This document shows positions 1-11,840 of a stretch of 61,627 nucleotides of DNA, piece by piece (the first letter of the stretch is position 1; every line of letters starts with the position of its first letter). The stretch is from assembly GCF_004010195.1 (NCBI RefSeq), contig NC_057719.1:7479372-7540998 (forward strand), written 5' to 3'. The notes beneath the pieces are model-generated. The model did no database searches and was not told where the DNA came from. It worked only from the letters and a program-made list of their open reading frames with translations. This DNA is from Chiloscyllium plagiosum (Eukaryota). A program made the translations under genes and the position numbers.

Positions 1-528
1 CCAGCAATACATTTTTACCTATGCTGCCTGACCTGCTGGGCTTTTCCAGCAACACATTTTCAGCTATGCTGCCTGACCTGCTGCGCTTTTCCAGCAATAC
101 ATTTTCAGCTGCTGCCTGACCTGCTGCGCTTTTCCAGCAACACATTTTCAGCTTGCTGCCTGACCTGCGCTTTTCCAGCAACACATTTTCAGCTCCTTGG
201 ATGCTGCCTGACCTGCTGCGCTTTTCCAGCAACACATTTTCAGCTCCTTGGATGCTGCCTGACGTGCTGTGCTTTTCCAGCAATACATTTTCAGCTCCTT
301 GAATGCTGCCTGACCTGCTGCGCTTTTCCAGCAACACATTTTCAGCTCCTTGGATGCTGCCTGACCTGCTGTGCTTTTCCAGCAACACATTTTCAGCTTG
401 CTGCCTGACCTGCTGCGCTTTTCCAGCAACACATTTCCACCTATGCTGCCTGACCTGCTGCGCCTTTCCAGCAACACATTTTCAGCTGCTGCCTGACCTG
501 CTGTGCTTTTCCAGCAACACATTTTCAG
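1..528 (+). repeat. Tandem array (about 11 full units of 43-51 bp, continuing off the left edge) derived from a PLE terminal repeat
   Basis: Unit (ctccttgga)tgctgcctgacctgctgcgcttttccagcaacacattttcag matches 25086-25135 and 45845-45895. It explains the repetitive ORFs 148-531 and 303-563. Confidence 0.93.
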
Positions 529-1901
529 CAAATAATGAGATGCTAGTCATGGAAATAAGGTAGTTGCTGCTCATTAGCGAGATTCTGAACTCACCACTTA
601 AACTTTAAGGAGAAAATGGTAAACACCTCCGTCTTCATTGCGATTCTGATTTTTCATTCTTGGGTATTTTCCCACATTTCTCCTTGCCCGTACCACTCGA
701 GAGTGGAAAATTTGGCCCATTGTATTTTGTAAATCTGCCAAGTCTAGATCAAACAGTTGAGTGGTCTGACTACCTTTCAATGCTGCTAGCACTATGCCCC
801 ATATTTACTTGTACACTTTGGACATTTTACACTAGAAACGTAAAACTGAATTTTTTTTCTAAGGAGGTTCAAAAATTGGAGCTGTGGAATTTTTGGCCAT
901 TTTCTACAACCAATGAATAGGGTAACTTAAAACCAGAATCTGGTTACTGATGATGGTTACAGTTTTTTCAAAATATTATTTTCATGTTGCAACAAAGGTG
1001 ATTATTAATGCTGCTTAAGAGAACGACACACGATTGCACTACAAGATTCAGATGGTGCATTGCTCATCTAAATATCAATCATTTTTCAATCTCAAAATCC
1101 CACGTTCATGGACCAGTATTGGTTGCTTGCACTGCGCTGGATTGTAATGGATATTTTTCATTGCGTAGTCACCATGGCAACTGCAATAAGTAAAATGGTT
1201 TGTCATTCTTATGGATGTGTTTTAACCTGCTTATGAATAGGTGAGCTGGATGTGGTTAATATTGCACATTCCAGAATATTGCCGGAAGCCTGTAGAAAAT
1301 AAAGATTGAGTGACAATGCAGCTGTCTGTTGAGAACAAAACTTGTTTCTCTGGATCCTACGCACTCTAAGCCGAACTAATGAAGAGGCCAGGTGAAGGCC
1401 AACAAGCCATTTCTTTATGGGACAAAAGTCATGTTCTGAGAAACTTATAAAACTGGCAGAATAAATTTTCATTATCAATTGTGTCTTTGGTACAATCGTA
1501 ATTTTCAAATCTCTGATGATATTTGGAAAGATTTGCCTTTATTGTCTGTTGATAACCATTCTCCTAGGTTTTAAACCTCTAAAATTGTAAATCTGTGCTA
1601 AAGCATCACTATTCATAGAGTCATACAGTCATAGAAATGTACAGCACGTAAACAGACCCTACAGTCCAACTTGTCCATGTCGACTAGATATCCCAACCCA
1701 ATCTAGTCCCACCTGCCAGCACCTGGCCCATATCCCTCCAAACCCTCCCTATTTATTTACCTATTGAGATGCTTTTTAAATGTCGCAATTGTACTACCCT
1801 CCACCACTTCCTCTGGCAGCCGATTCCACACCTGCACCACCCTCTGCGTGAAAAAGTTGCCTCGGTCCCTTTTATTATCTTTCCCCTCTCACCCTTAACC
1901 T

Positions 1902-2039
1902 TAACCTTATTCCTGATGAAGGGCTTTTGCCCGAAACGTCGATTTTGCCTGTCCTCAGATGCTGCCTGAATTGCTGTGCTCTTCCAGCACCACTGATCCA
2001 GAATCTGGTTTCCAGCATCTGCAGTCATTGTTTTTACCT
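1902..2039 (+). mobile_element. Short PLE-terminus insertion carrying a hammerhead motif
   Basis: Interrupts the CR1 between duplicated cttaacct (1894-1901 and 2040-2047). Confidence 0.8.
1911..1942 (+). ncRNA. Minimal type I hammerhead ribozyme motif, intact core
   Basis: CUGAUGA (1913-1919), extra A, stem II GGGC-UUUU-GCCC, GAAA (1933-1936), CGUC cleavage context, UC/GA proximal stem I. Activity not shown. Confidence 0.8.
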
Positions 2040-5000
2040 CTTAACCTATGCACTCTAGTTCTGGACATCCCCACCCTAGGGAAAAGACTTTGCCTATTTA
2101 TCATATTCATTCCCCTCATGATTTTGTAAACCTCTGTAAGGTCATCTCTCAGCCTCCGACGCTCCAGGGAAATCAGCCCTAGCCTATTCAGCGTCTCCCT
2201 GTACCTCAAATCCTCCAACCCTGGCAACATCCTTGTAAATCTTTTCAGAACTGTTTCAAGTTTCACAACATCCTTCCAATAGGAAGGAGACCAGAATTGC
2301 ATGCAATATTCCAAAAATGGCCTAACCAACGTCCTGTACAGCCGTGACATGACCTCCCTACTCCTGCACTCAGTACACTGACCAATAAAGAAAGCATACT
2401 AAGAAATAAATCCTTTAATTTATTTCCCTTCTGTACAATAATCATTCTCTGATTCTATAAAGGCGGGGAAGTGGCTCTGAGTACATGTTTTTACAAAAGT
2501 TGAATGATTTAGCATAACTACTAAAATAGTGGTCAATCTCCGGTAGATATCAAAAATCATTCTTTGTGATGTGCACAGACACGTGAAGTTGACAGTTGTT
2601 TTCAATGGTGTACTATTAGATTTCTCTGCCAAAAATCAGGGGTAGACTTATACATGAGATACAAAATAAATTGTTTTTGGCCCTAAGTCAATCTGAGATA
2701 TCTACATTCTTTATGTACACCACCTGGTCACTGCAGAAGTCAAATTTGCCCTGGTGCAAGCCTTGTTATTGATAGAACAGTAGAATGGCACACTATTGAA
2801 GGCAGCTGTTCAGTTTCTGATATCTGTGCATGTCAATTGTGATGTTAAGGCTACCATGTCACCAGTGCATGCTGATCTTTTTTGTATCAGTTTTAGGGAT
2901 TGAGTTGGCAGGATCTGTCTTCAAACTGGCAAGTCTGCGATAGCAAGACGGTGGATGATGGTTTTCAACTCCTCAGCTATAACTTGTGCAAAATTGACAT
3001 CGGCTTTTTGGCTAAAAGTCAAGTCTCAGAAGCCAATATTAATTTTACTGAAATTTTGGGCAGGAACACTTCCCTTTGACCATATGGAGGCTGAAAGTTT
3101 GTGAAATGGCTTTGTTGTAACTCTAGCTCAGCCACACCATTTGTTTTCAATTTCTAAAAATTAATTCACAGGACGTCATTAGCTGCATCAACATTTATTG
3201 CCCATCACTATTGGTGATGGTGAGCTGCCTCCTTGAACCACTTCTGTGCTCTTGGTGTCAGTGCACCTACAATTCTGTTAGGAATTAAAGCAAGCAAGCA
3301 TCGTGATGACCCATGCTGATAATTGATGGTTCTATACTTAAACAGAGCTAGGTGGGGAACAGAATGGCTCATTTGCAGAATTATGAGGAAGGAGAGAGGC
3401 AGCAAACTGAGGAAGCTCAATGGCGCAATCACTTTCTCATCTCCACTGCCAGAATTCCCTGAGGCATCCCGCTAAAGTTCTGCAGAGAAACATTATTCCC
3501 AGCAAACAAGAGGAAGAGACCATCCTCTTTGAAATAAAAACTGGCATTTTTTTAAGTGCCTGTGAAAGTGAACAACAGAAATTTGTTACAAGAGTTGGAT
3601 GCAGTTCTGAAAGAGACTTGATGATCTTATCAGGACCTTGCAACTCCATTAATTCCACATTCTCCAGACATCTACTCATATTATCAGATCCAGGTAAGGA
3701 TGCCACATTTTCTGCCTGCAAGGACAGTTGACTGATGGCTTTTGATAACAATTAACAGTGGCTACATGGTCACCATTCACAACTTTTTATTCCAGATTTT
3801 CATTGATATCAAATTACACCATCCACCACAGTGGAATTTAACTCATCCCCACAATAAAGCCTCGAGTTCTTGGTTACTAGTCCAGTGACTGTCAGTAGAA
3901 AATAGCTTTTCATTCTCATCTATGTCAATGGGAAATTCTGTGCTTACAACAATATATTTGGAGGAACCTTTTTTTCTGTGATGAAGTTGAATTGCATCAA
4001 GCCATTATGTGATCCAATTTAGCAGAACCGGTTTTAATCTGCTATGCTGTAAAAATACGGGATCCTTGCTACATAGGAGACAGCCTTTATGAATGAAAGG
4101 AATTACTTCTGCATTTAACATACCACCGTTCATGTGAGCTATAGAGGAAGGAGGTTGTGCTTCCTATTGGTAAAGCAACATATTAGAGACCCATCCCTTT
4201 TTACTCTTTTCTATCTGTGAGGCTTATTATATATCTATTGGATGGGTGCATTCTCAGCCATGACAATGTTATGTGGGAACTGCTGTCCTATATATTGCTA
4301 ACAGAATTCCAGTGTTAGCTGATTCAATATCTAGCACTGCTGAAAATTGAGCTTTAATGCATTTGGAACTCAATATCAGAATGGAAAATCCAAGGACAGA
4401 TTTTGTCAAGTATTTTGCAGTTGGGAGACCCGCCAAGGATCTCAAACAGACAGTTTCTTTAGAAAAGTTTAAAAAATTTTGACTTATTTTCTGGATTTGC
4501 AATAAAATTTGATTCTGTTTGTACTGCATGTACCCATTGAGAACTTAAAGATTCTCAGTCCCCCCAGATTTCAGTTATCCCACTGAACTAACTCTTGGAC
4601 TGTGACTCTGCAGCCTTTGGTTCTTGACACATCTCATGATTATTTCTGACTGGAACCTTCTCTGTTTTACAGTCTATCCAGGCTAGCACCCTGAATAACT
4701 ATGACCAAAATGCACGATAGATCTTTCCTTGTCAGCCTGTAAGATCTAACTTCTAATAGAAATTACTCATTCCCACATCCAAAATTGTTAGAATCATAAA
4801 TTGGATACAGCACAGAATGAGACTAATATGCTTTATGGTTGCTAAAGTTCAAAATAATTGCACCTTTAGACTCAAAATGCTGGAACTTCATTGGGTGTAT
4901 TTCTTGCAGCTTTCCATGTGGCTGATGGACTATCAGCTGATTGCTCGTCACCTGACCTCAATGCATCGATAAATGTACCCAAGAGGTATATTTGCATAGT

Positions 5001-5588
5001 ATTTGGTTCTCAGCTTTTGAAGACAAGTCCCACTGAAAAGTTTGTTTGTTGCACGCCAACTATATTTCATAAACAGAAGGATACTAACTTGCTATATAGA
5101 AGTTGTTCAGCCCATCATATCCCTGCCAACTCTCTGAAAAGGTTATAGAGTCATGCAGTCCTACAGCATGGAGACAGGCCCTTTTGCCCAAACTGGTCCA
5201 TGCTGACCAAAATGTCCATCTATGCTAATCCTACTTCCCTGCACTTGGCCCATATCCTTCTAACCCTTTCCTGTCCATGTATTTGTCCAAATGCCTTTTA
5301 AATGTTGTTAATGTATCCACCTCAACAACCTCCACTGGCAGCTCTTTCCATATGTGTACCACCCTCTGTGCAAAAAACATTGCCCCTCAGGTTCCCTTTT
5401 ATTCTTTCCCCTCTCACCTTAAACCGATGCCCTCTAGTCCGTGATTCCCCAACCCTGGGAAAAAGACTGAGTGCATTCACCCTTTCCATGCCTCTCATGA
5501 TCTAATGCACCTCTATAAGGTGTCCCCTTAGCCTCCTACGATCTAAAGTAAGAAGTCCTAGCTTGTCCAACCTCTCCCTATAACTCAG

Positions 5589-5812
5589 GAGGAGAAAGTG
5601 AGCACTGCAGATGCTGGAGATCAGAGTTGAGAGTGTAATGCTGGAAAAGCACAGTTGGTCAGGCAGCATCTGAGGAGTAGGAGAATCGACATTTTGAGTA
5701 TAAACTCTTCAGTGGGATTCCTGATGAAGAACTTATGCTCAAGAGGTTGATTCTCCTACTCCTCAGATGCTGTCTGACTGGCTTTGTTTTTCCAGCACCA
5801 TGCTCTCGACTT
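5589..5812. mobile_element. Head-to-head inverted PLE-terminus insertion
   Basis: Minus copy about 5589-5716 and plus copy about 5719-5812 turn around at degenerate hammerhead cores. TSD tccctataacYcag at 5575-5588 and 5813-5826. Confidence 0.82.
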
Positions 5813-6880
5813 TCCCTATAACCCAGACCATTGAGTCCTGGTGACATCCTTGGAAATTTCTTCTGCATTCTTTCCAGTTCAATAACATCCTTCCTATAGC
5901 AAAGTGACCAAAACTGAACACAATACTCCAAGTGCAGCCTCACCAACGTCCTGTACAACTGCAAAATAACTTCCCAACTTCTATACTCAGTGCCCTGACT
6001 GATGAAGGACAGTGTGCCAAAAGTCGTCTTCACTGATCTGTCTACCTGTGAATTCACTTTCAGAAAACCAAGCACCTGAGTGGTGCCTCTATTCCACTAC
6101 ACTCCTTAAGGCCATACTATTCACCATGAAACTCTTACCTTGATTGTACTTTCGAAAATGCAAGACTTCATACTTATCTATATGAAACACCATTTGCTAT
6201 TTTTCAGCCCACTTCCCCAGCTGATCAAGGTCCTGCTGCAATTTCTGACCACCTTTCTCACTGTCCACAATACTGCCTATTTTAGTGTCATCTGCAAACT
6301 TACTAATCATGCCTTGTACATTCTCATTCAAATCATTGATACAGATAACAAAAAGGTAATGGGCCCAGCACCAACTCCTGAGGCACTCCACTGATCGCAG
6401 GCTTCCAGTCCTACAAGCATCCTTTCACTAATACCCTGTACCATCAAGCCAATTGTGTATCCAATTTGTCCGGGCCCCCTGGATTCCACGCAGTCTAACC
6501 TTTGAGAGCAGCCTACCATGTGGATCCTTATCAAAGGCCTTACTGAAATCCATATTGACTTTGTCCAGCACCCTGCCCTCTTCAACCTTCGTGATCACCT
6601 CATCAAAGAACTGTAACAAATTTGTGAGGCATGGTTGCCCAAGCATAAAGCTGTTCTGACTGTTCCTAATCAAACCATGTATTTCCAAATGCATGTATAT
6701 TTTAGCTCAGAATCTTCTCAAATAATTTACCCAGGTCTACAGATCGCCTTCTTGAAAAAGGACACAACATTCACTACCCTCCAGTATCTGAGACCTCATA
6801 CGGAATGATGATGCAAAAATATCAACCAGGGCTCCGGCACTTTCTTCTCTATCCTGTAGCAGTACTCTTGGATATATCTG

Positions 6881-7030
6881 TGTGGTGCTGGAATCACCAT
6901 AGGAATGATGAGCTTATGCTCAAAATGTTGACTCACCTGCTGTTCAGATGCTGCCTGACCGGCTGTGCTTTTCCAGCACCACACTTTTTGTCTCTGATCT
7001 CCAGCATCTGCAGTTCTCATTTTCTCTCTG
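6881..7030 (+). mobile_element. PLE-terminus insertion with degenerate hammerhead (stem II GAGC-UUAU-GCUC)
   Basis: 13-bp TSD ttggatatatctg at 6868-6880 and 7031-7043; short inverted piece tgtggtgctgga at the 5' end. Confidence 0.8.
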
Positions 7031-10000
7031 TTGGATATATCTGGTCAGGATGAGGAGATTTATCCACCTTCATATATTCTAATACATCGAACACCTCCTC
7101 TACTGTGATATATTGTCCCCAAGATATGATCACTAAACTTCCCCAAGGTCAATTAGCTCCATCATCTTTTGACCTGTTTCCCCATAACCCATGACCATAT
7201 TGTTTCTGTGAGTGGCAGCATTAACAAAATACGTTTTGTTGTGCGATTGCACAATTGAGCATTTGGCTGATGGATTTGCACTTTATAAGTGAAATTGCAG
7301 TTATAAAATAATGTAGTTTATGTACTGCCACTGCAATTAACACAACAAAATTAGCAATTTTTTTTCGTTTAAACGTTTCTGATTCTCTAGTCTTAATGAA
7401 GGGATGAATAGGTTGAAATCTTGTAAAAATTAATTTCTGTCAACCTTGCCAAGCTTTTTCGTATGTTGTGGGTGTGTCAGGTTGTCTTTAAATGTTTGAC
7501 TTGAGCAATTAAATGCTAGCCGTGTCCTCGGCAGACTCAAGTCTTTGTCATGCATGCAGCGTGTATAAACTCATCACATGACAAGAGAAACGATAGTGTC
7601 AGAAAGGATCTGTTGGGAAACAAACTAGAACCTTGTGAAAACAGATCCTAAGTTTGGGTCTTCAGTAAGTACTTAGACCACCTTTTCCCAAAGAACTTTC
7701 TAATTCAAGTTTTTTTGTAACCTGTAAAGTAAGTTTTGTTGAAACAGAGAATGTTAGATCTTCGGAGTATCTTCGGAGCATTGGCATTTTAATTTTTGAG
7801 CTCATGTTAGCACGAAAAAAATGTTTATTTTGATTTTTTTTACATTTTATGTCAGTAGTCTAGTGAAGTATAGGTGGTGATTTCTGCATTGTTGTGGTTC
7901 ATCTGAGTTGTAAAATGATTTTTTAAAAAATCTGCTTGTTACTGTTTGAATCTTTAGCTATTTGAAGTAGAAATGAACAGCTTGTGCTTGGTATGAGAAT
8001 AATGTAGCACAGAAGCAAACATTTAAATTGTTTTATGGGATTTGTGGAACATAAAAGATTTTTCCCATATATTTACGGATTGTTTCGGTTGGGATACAAA
8101 TTGGGTTTTGTGCTTTGAAGAATGGACAAGCGAATGTTTGTGGGCTTCTGTAGGAGTTTTAATGAATTCGATGCTTTTTTTTTTATAAATCTGAGCCTTG
8201 TGTATTCATGAGATTGATGTATTAGCCAGCTGGAATGTTTAAAAGACTGGGAGAGACTGCAGCCTAATCTAGAAGAATTGAGTTGCTGATTTATATTGCC
8301 GTCAGCGCTTAGCAACAGGTTCAGCTTTTTTTTTCTTCAGTACTGCTCACTTGTTAGAAACAGCTGAAGAACTCTTACTCGGCCGGGTTTCAGTGCAGAC
8401 ATGTCAGCTTTCAACTTCTGTAACTTCGACAGTATTATGGTCTTATTGCCAATTATCAGATGATTCTCACAACAGCTGTAGTTTATTATAATGTTAAAAT
8501 TTTGAAAAATATTAACTGATGTCCATTTTCACTTTTGTGTTATTGTTTTAAGTATTTCCCAACCATTTCTAGTTATCCTGGTGAATTTGTAGCGTCATTT
8601 TCAGAGGGCAGTACATTTCAGCAATGACTTTTTCAACAATGGTCATTTAAGATGTGTGGGAAAAATTACTTTCCTGAATTACGTTTTCCACAAAGAATGC
8701 CAGAAAGTCTGTGTTGTTGATGCTACCTGTAAATAATAAAGTAGAAAATACTTCCATTGCATGATATATTTTTGCTTTTGTTGATGATGCCATGTTATAT
8801 AGTTAAGTATCTGGCAGCAGACAGATCATTGCAGTCAAAGGAATCTCAAGAAATTAAGACATTGCACAAAGAAATTATGCTGGATAATCTAAAGGTAATA
8901 TAAAATGAAATGGGAAGGAATAAATGTGACCACAATAGATATCTGTCTGTAAAATGAAAAAGGCAACAATTTCGTGGGGTTAGAAATAATTTGACAAAGA
9001 TTTTTGCTCACTTATGCTGCAAGGCTAATCAAGTCTGAGGAATTCCTAATTAATTATTTTTACTCTCACATAGTTGGAACATTTGAAGCACTGGAGAGAG
9101 TTTGAATGAAGGACACATGAGTTTGTTATTCTTGGGACTTGGCACAGATAGAATGGGTCGAATGGCTGCCTCTGTGCTGTTTGTTCTATGATTTTATAAT
9201 AAATTAGAAGAAGACTTTGAAGATTTTGTAAGAGGAAGGAAAGTTGAGATTTAATGAACAAAATGATTCTTTTATTCTCCATTTCTCAGTTGACTTGGCT
9301 GAGGCTGGTAAACCTTTGATGTGATACTTGAGTATGAAGGTGTAGTATTAGGATAGTTGTTTGTTGGGCTCCTAAATGTGAGGAAATACAATAGTTTATA
9401 ACAGCAAGTTGTTTTGTTTGTTATTTAATTGTATAACAGTACATCATAGCTGGACATTATCAGCATGAGGATGCATTTCAAAAAATGGTTATTTGAAATG
9501 CAGGAGCATCTTGAATATTTACAATGAGATATTATAAGACCAGTTGAGAGCCTTCCCAGGTCGTAACGCATGGTCTGATGGCTCTGGGTTCAGCAGGTAA
9601 TCATTTATATTATTTTGAACTTATGCAAGAAAAAGGGACAGATATCTAGTTTCTGGCACTGGATGGAAGAAAATTACACAGTAAAGACCGAATGTGGCTT
9701 CACAGCTGATATTCTGTGTGACGTTATAACTCTAAAAGCATAATTATTAAATTCTTTGGATTCTCCAAGTTACCTACTCTTTTCAAATTAAATCTAGACC
9801 TCAGTCTTTGATTTTTATCCTTTAATTTCAATCTACATGCTTTCTCCTGAAAGACCAAGCAAGTAAAGACTTTCAGCCAAAGACTTAAATCTACAGAACA
9901 GCAAGCTTATACATGTTCAATGCGTAGGAGATGAAAGTGTAATATGGCTGCAAGTACGTACTCTACTGCTATATACTTTCATTAATCATCCTGTAAAACA

Positions 10001-10107
10001 CTGTACCTTGAAGCGCTATATCAAGATAAAATTATTACAATTCCAATAAATATATTTCAGTGTTTTTAGCTATAATCTAATTAAGTGAAAACGGCAAGAA
10101 TTAAAAT

Positions 10108-10360
10108 ATAAAAAAGAAACAGGGAATACTGGAGAAACTGGAGAAACCCAGCAGGTCTGGGAGCATCTGTGAGAAAAACAGAAGTAACATATGAGTGTTG
10201 TTCAGAACTGTTTCAGAGTTGAACCACTGTTCTTAAGAGTCATATCAGACTTGAAATGTTAATTCTGTTTTTCTCATCACACATGCTTTCAGACCTGCTA
10301 AATTTTTCCAGTATTCTGTTCGTTTCAGATTTCCAGCATCTGAAAATTTTGCTTTTTAGT
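10108..10360. mobile_element. Older head-to-head inverted PLE-terminus remnant
   Basis: ctggagaaacccagcaggtctgggagcatctgtg is mirrored by catgctttcagacctgctaaatttttccag; degenerate core gagtc-atatca-gactt-gaaatgtta near 10237-10262. Confidence 0.6.
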
Positions 10361-10892
10361 CCATTAAAATTTAATGTGGAAAAACACAGTAATATTAATA
10401 ATTGCAGTAAATATAAATGTTTATCAATAAATGATAAAGTTGCTAATTGAACAGATTACATATTTTGTAATGTTAGGTAAACATAAATATTTTTGAGCTT
10501 TTCAAATCCACATCGTTATTTACGTTATTTAAACTGCCTCCTGCCAAAAGCAAAGACACAAAATCAAGAAATAGAGTCCTGAAGTCTGTTTTTGTTTATT
10601 AAATAGGGCATATATGGTACATTTACTGAGTTTGTATAAAAGAGAAGCTCTGAAATGCCACTTGATGATGTTCGAATGAACACTCCTCCCACAAAGTTCA
10701 CCATTTCAACTGTGCTATCATGTCAAGAAAGTCACAACAATGAATGCAAAGGCAAGAACAAGATTCTATAGGCTAATCATCGGTCCTGTTAATGAAAAGC
10801 ATAGAGATGGTTTCGATCAAAACTAGAAAGGAAAGAGAAATTGGAGCATTCACAACAGAAAACCCACATCAGATCTAATTATAGCTGCATTG

Positions 10893-11692
10893 CTAAATAA
10901 TGAGTTTTGAGAAGAGTTGTAGCTCAGGTTGAGGTTTTGGATGTAGGTTTGCTCGCTGAACTGCAAGGTTCAATTCCAGACGTTTTGTTACCCGACTAGG
11001 TAACATCTTCAGTGGGCTCAGGCGGAGCAATGCTGAAAATTCCTGCTTTCTACTTATATGTTTGGGTTTCTTTGGGTTGTAAATGACGTTAGTTTTGCTC
11101 ATTGTCTGTATGGGGTCTGCTGTTTTAGTGTGTTGGTGGGTTTGTGGGCTACCATGATGCCAATGGGTCTGAGTAGAATGGCAGTCATTTCAGAGATGTC
11201 TTTGGTGTAAGGGAGGGTGGCTAGGCTTTCTGACGTGTTTTGTCTGCTTGTTTGGGTTTGTTGCTGAGAAATCGGCGGACTGTGTTCATTGGGTACCCAT
11301 CCTTTTTGAATACACATAATCGGTGATTTTCCTCTGCTCTGCGTAGTTCCTCTGTGCTACAGTGTATGTTAGCTCGTTGAAATAATGTTCTGATGCAGCT
11401 TTGTTTGTGGGTGTTGGGATGATTGCTTCTGTAGTTCAATATTTGTTCTGTATGTGTTGTTTTTCTGTAGCTGCTAGTTTGAAGTTCCCCATTGGCTGTT
11501 CGCTCTACTGTGACATCTAGAAATTACAGTTTGTTGGTGTTTTCCTCCTTTTTTCGTGAATTTTATGCCAGTAAGGGTATTATTGATGGTCTTGAAGGTT
11601 TCCTCTAACTTGTTTCATTTAGTGATCACAAAGGTGTCATCCACATAGCGGACCCAGAGTTTGGGTTGGATGGTTGGCAGAGCAGTTTGCTC
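10893..11692 (-). mobile_element. Penelope-like retroelement fragment (RT C-terminus/thumb plus terminal repeat; Poseidon-like)
   Basis: Minus strand encodes PKLWVRYVDDTFVI (near 11630-11665), YRSNHPNTHKQSCIRTLFQRA and TLPYTKDISEM; the terminus carries a hammerhead motif. Confidence 0.85.
10976..11015 (-). ncRNA. Minimal hammerhead motif, second family (G12 mutated to A)
   Basis: Minus strand reads cca-CUGAAGA-U-GUUACC-uagucg-GGUAAC-AAAA-CGUC-ugg, giving a 6-bp stem II and 3-bp stem I. Confidence 0.72.
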
Positions 11693-11699
11693 AAGACTC

Positions 11700-11840
11700 T
11701 GCATTACTCCTACAACCACCTGATGAAGGAGCGGTGCTTCGAAAGCAAGTGCTTCCAATTAAACCTATTGGACTATAACCTGGTGTTGTGTGATCTTTAA
11801 CTTTGTACATCCAAGTCCAACACCTGCATTTCCAAATCAT
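11700..11840 (+). mobile_element. PLE-terminus insertion, third hammerhead family
   Basis: cac-CUGAUGA-A-GGAGC-ggu-GCUUC-GAAA-GCaa-gug at 11717-11751. Downstream sequence (aaacctRttggactataacctggtgttgtgtgat) recurs at 25800-25880, where the core reads CCGAAAGCUAGUG. Confidence 0.75.

Larger units (their letters stand above)
1614..2398 (-). mobile_element. CR1/HER1-like LINE 3' fragment, interrupted by a PLE-terminus insertion
   Basis: ORF 1955-2350 LYRTLVRPFLEYCMQFWSP...LERRRLRDDLTEVYKIM is the CR1 ORF2 C-terminus; (ctatgact)n-type tail near 1614-1635. Confidence 0.88.
5145..7150 (-). mobile_element. CR1-like LINE, 3' 2 kb, with two nested PLE-terminus insertions
   Basis: RT motifs MDFSKAFDKDPH (6428-6694), SKFADDTKIG (6197-6391) and [18 protein letters not shown] (5659-6075); tail near 5145. 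Confidence 0.88.

Noticed and set aside
1..528. CRISPR-like array or repetitive proteins (ORFs 148-531, 303-563)
   Set aside because: There are no unique spacers, the context is eukaryotic, and the unit is a PLE terminus fragment. The ORFs are by-products of the repeat.
4910..4985. Possible STON2 upstream exon (FHVADGLSADCS after ttcttgcAG)
   Set aside because: There is only a short resemblance to the recalled human HVVDGGSQDHS. The nearest donor (GTATAT) is weak and phase 2, and there is no WVxF motif.
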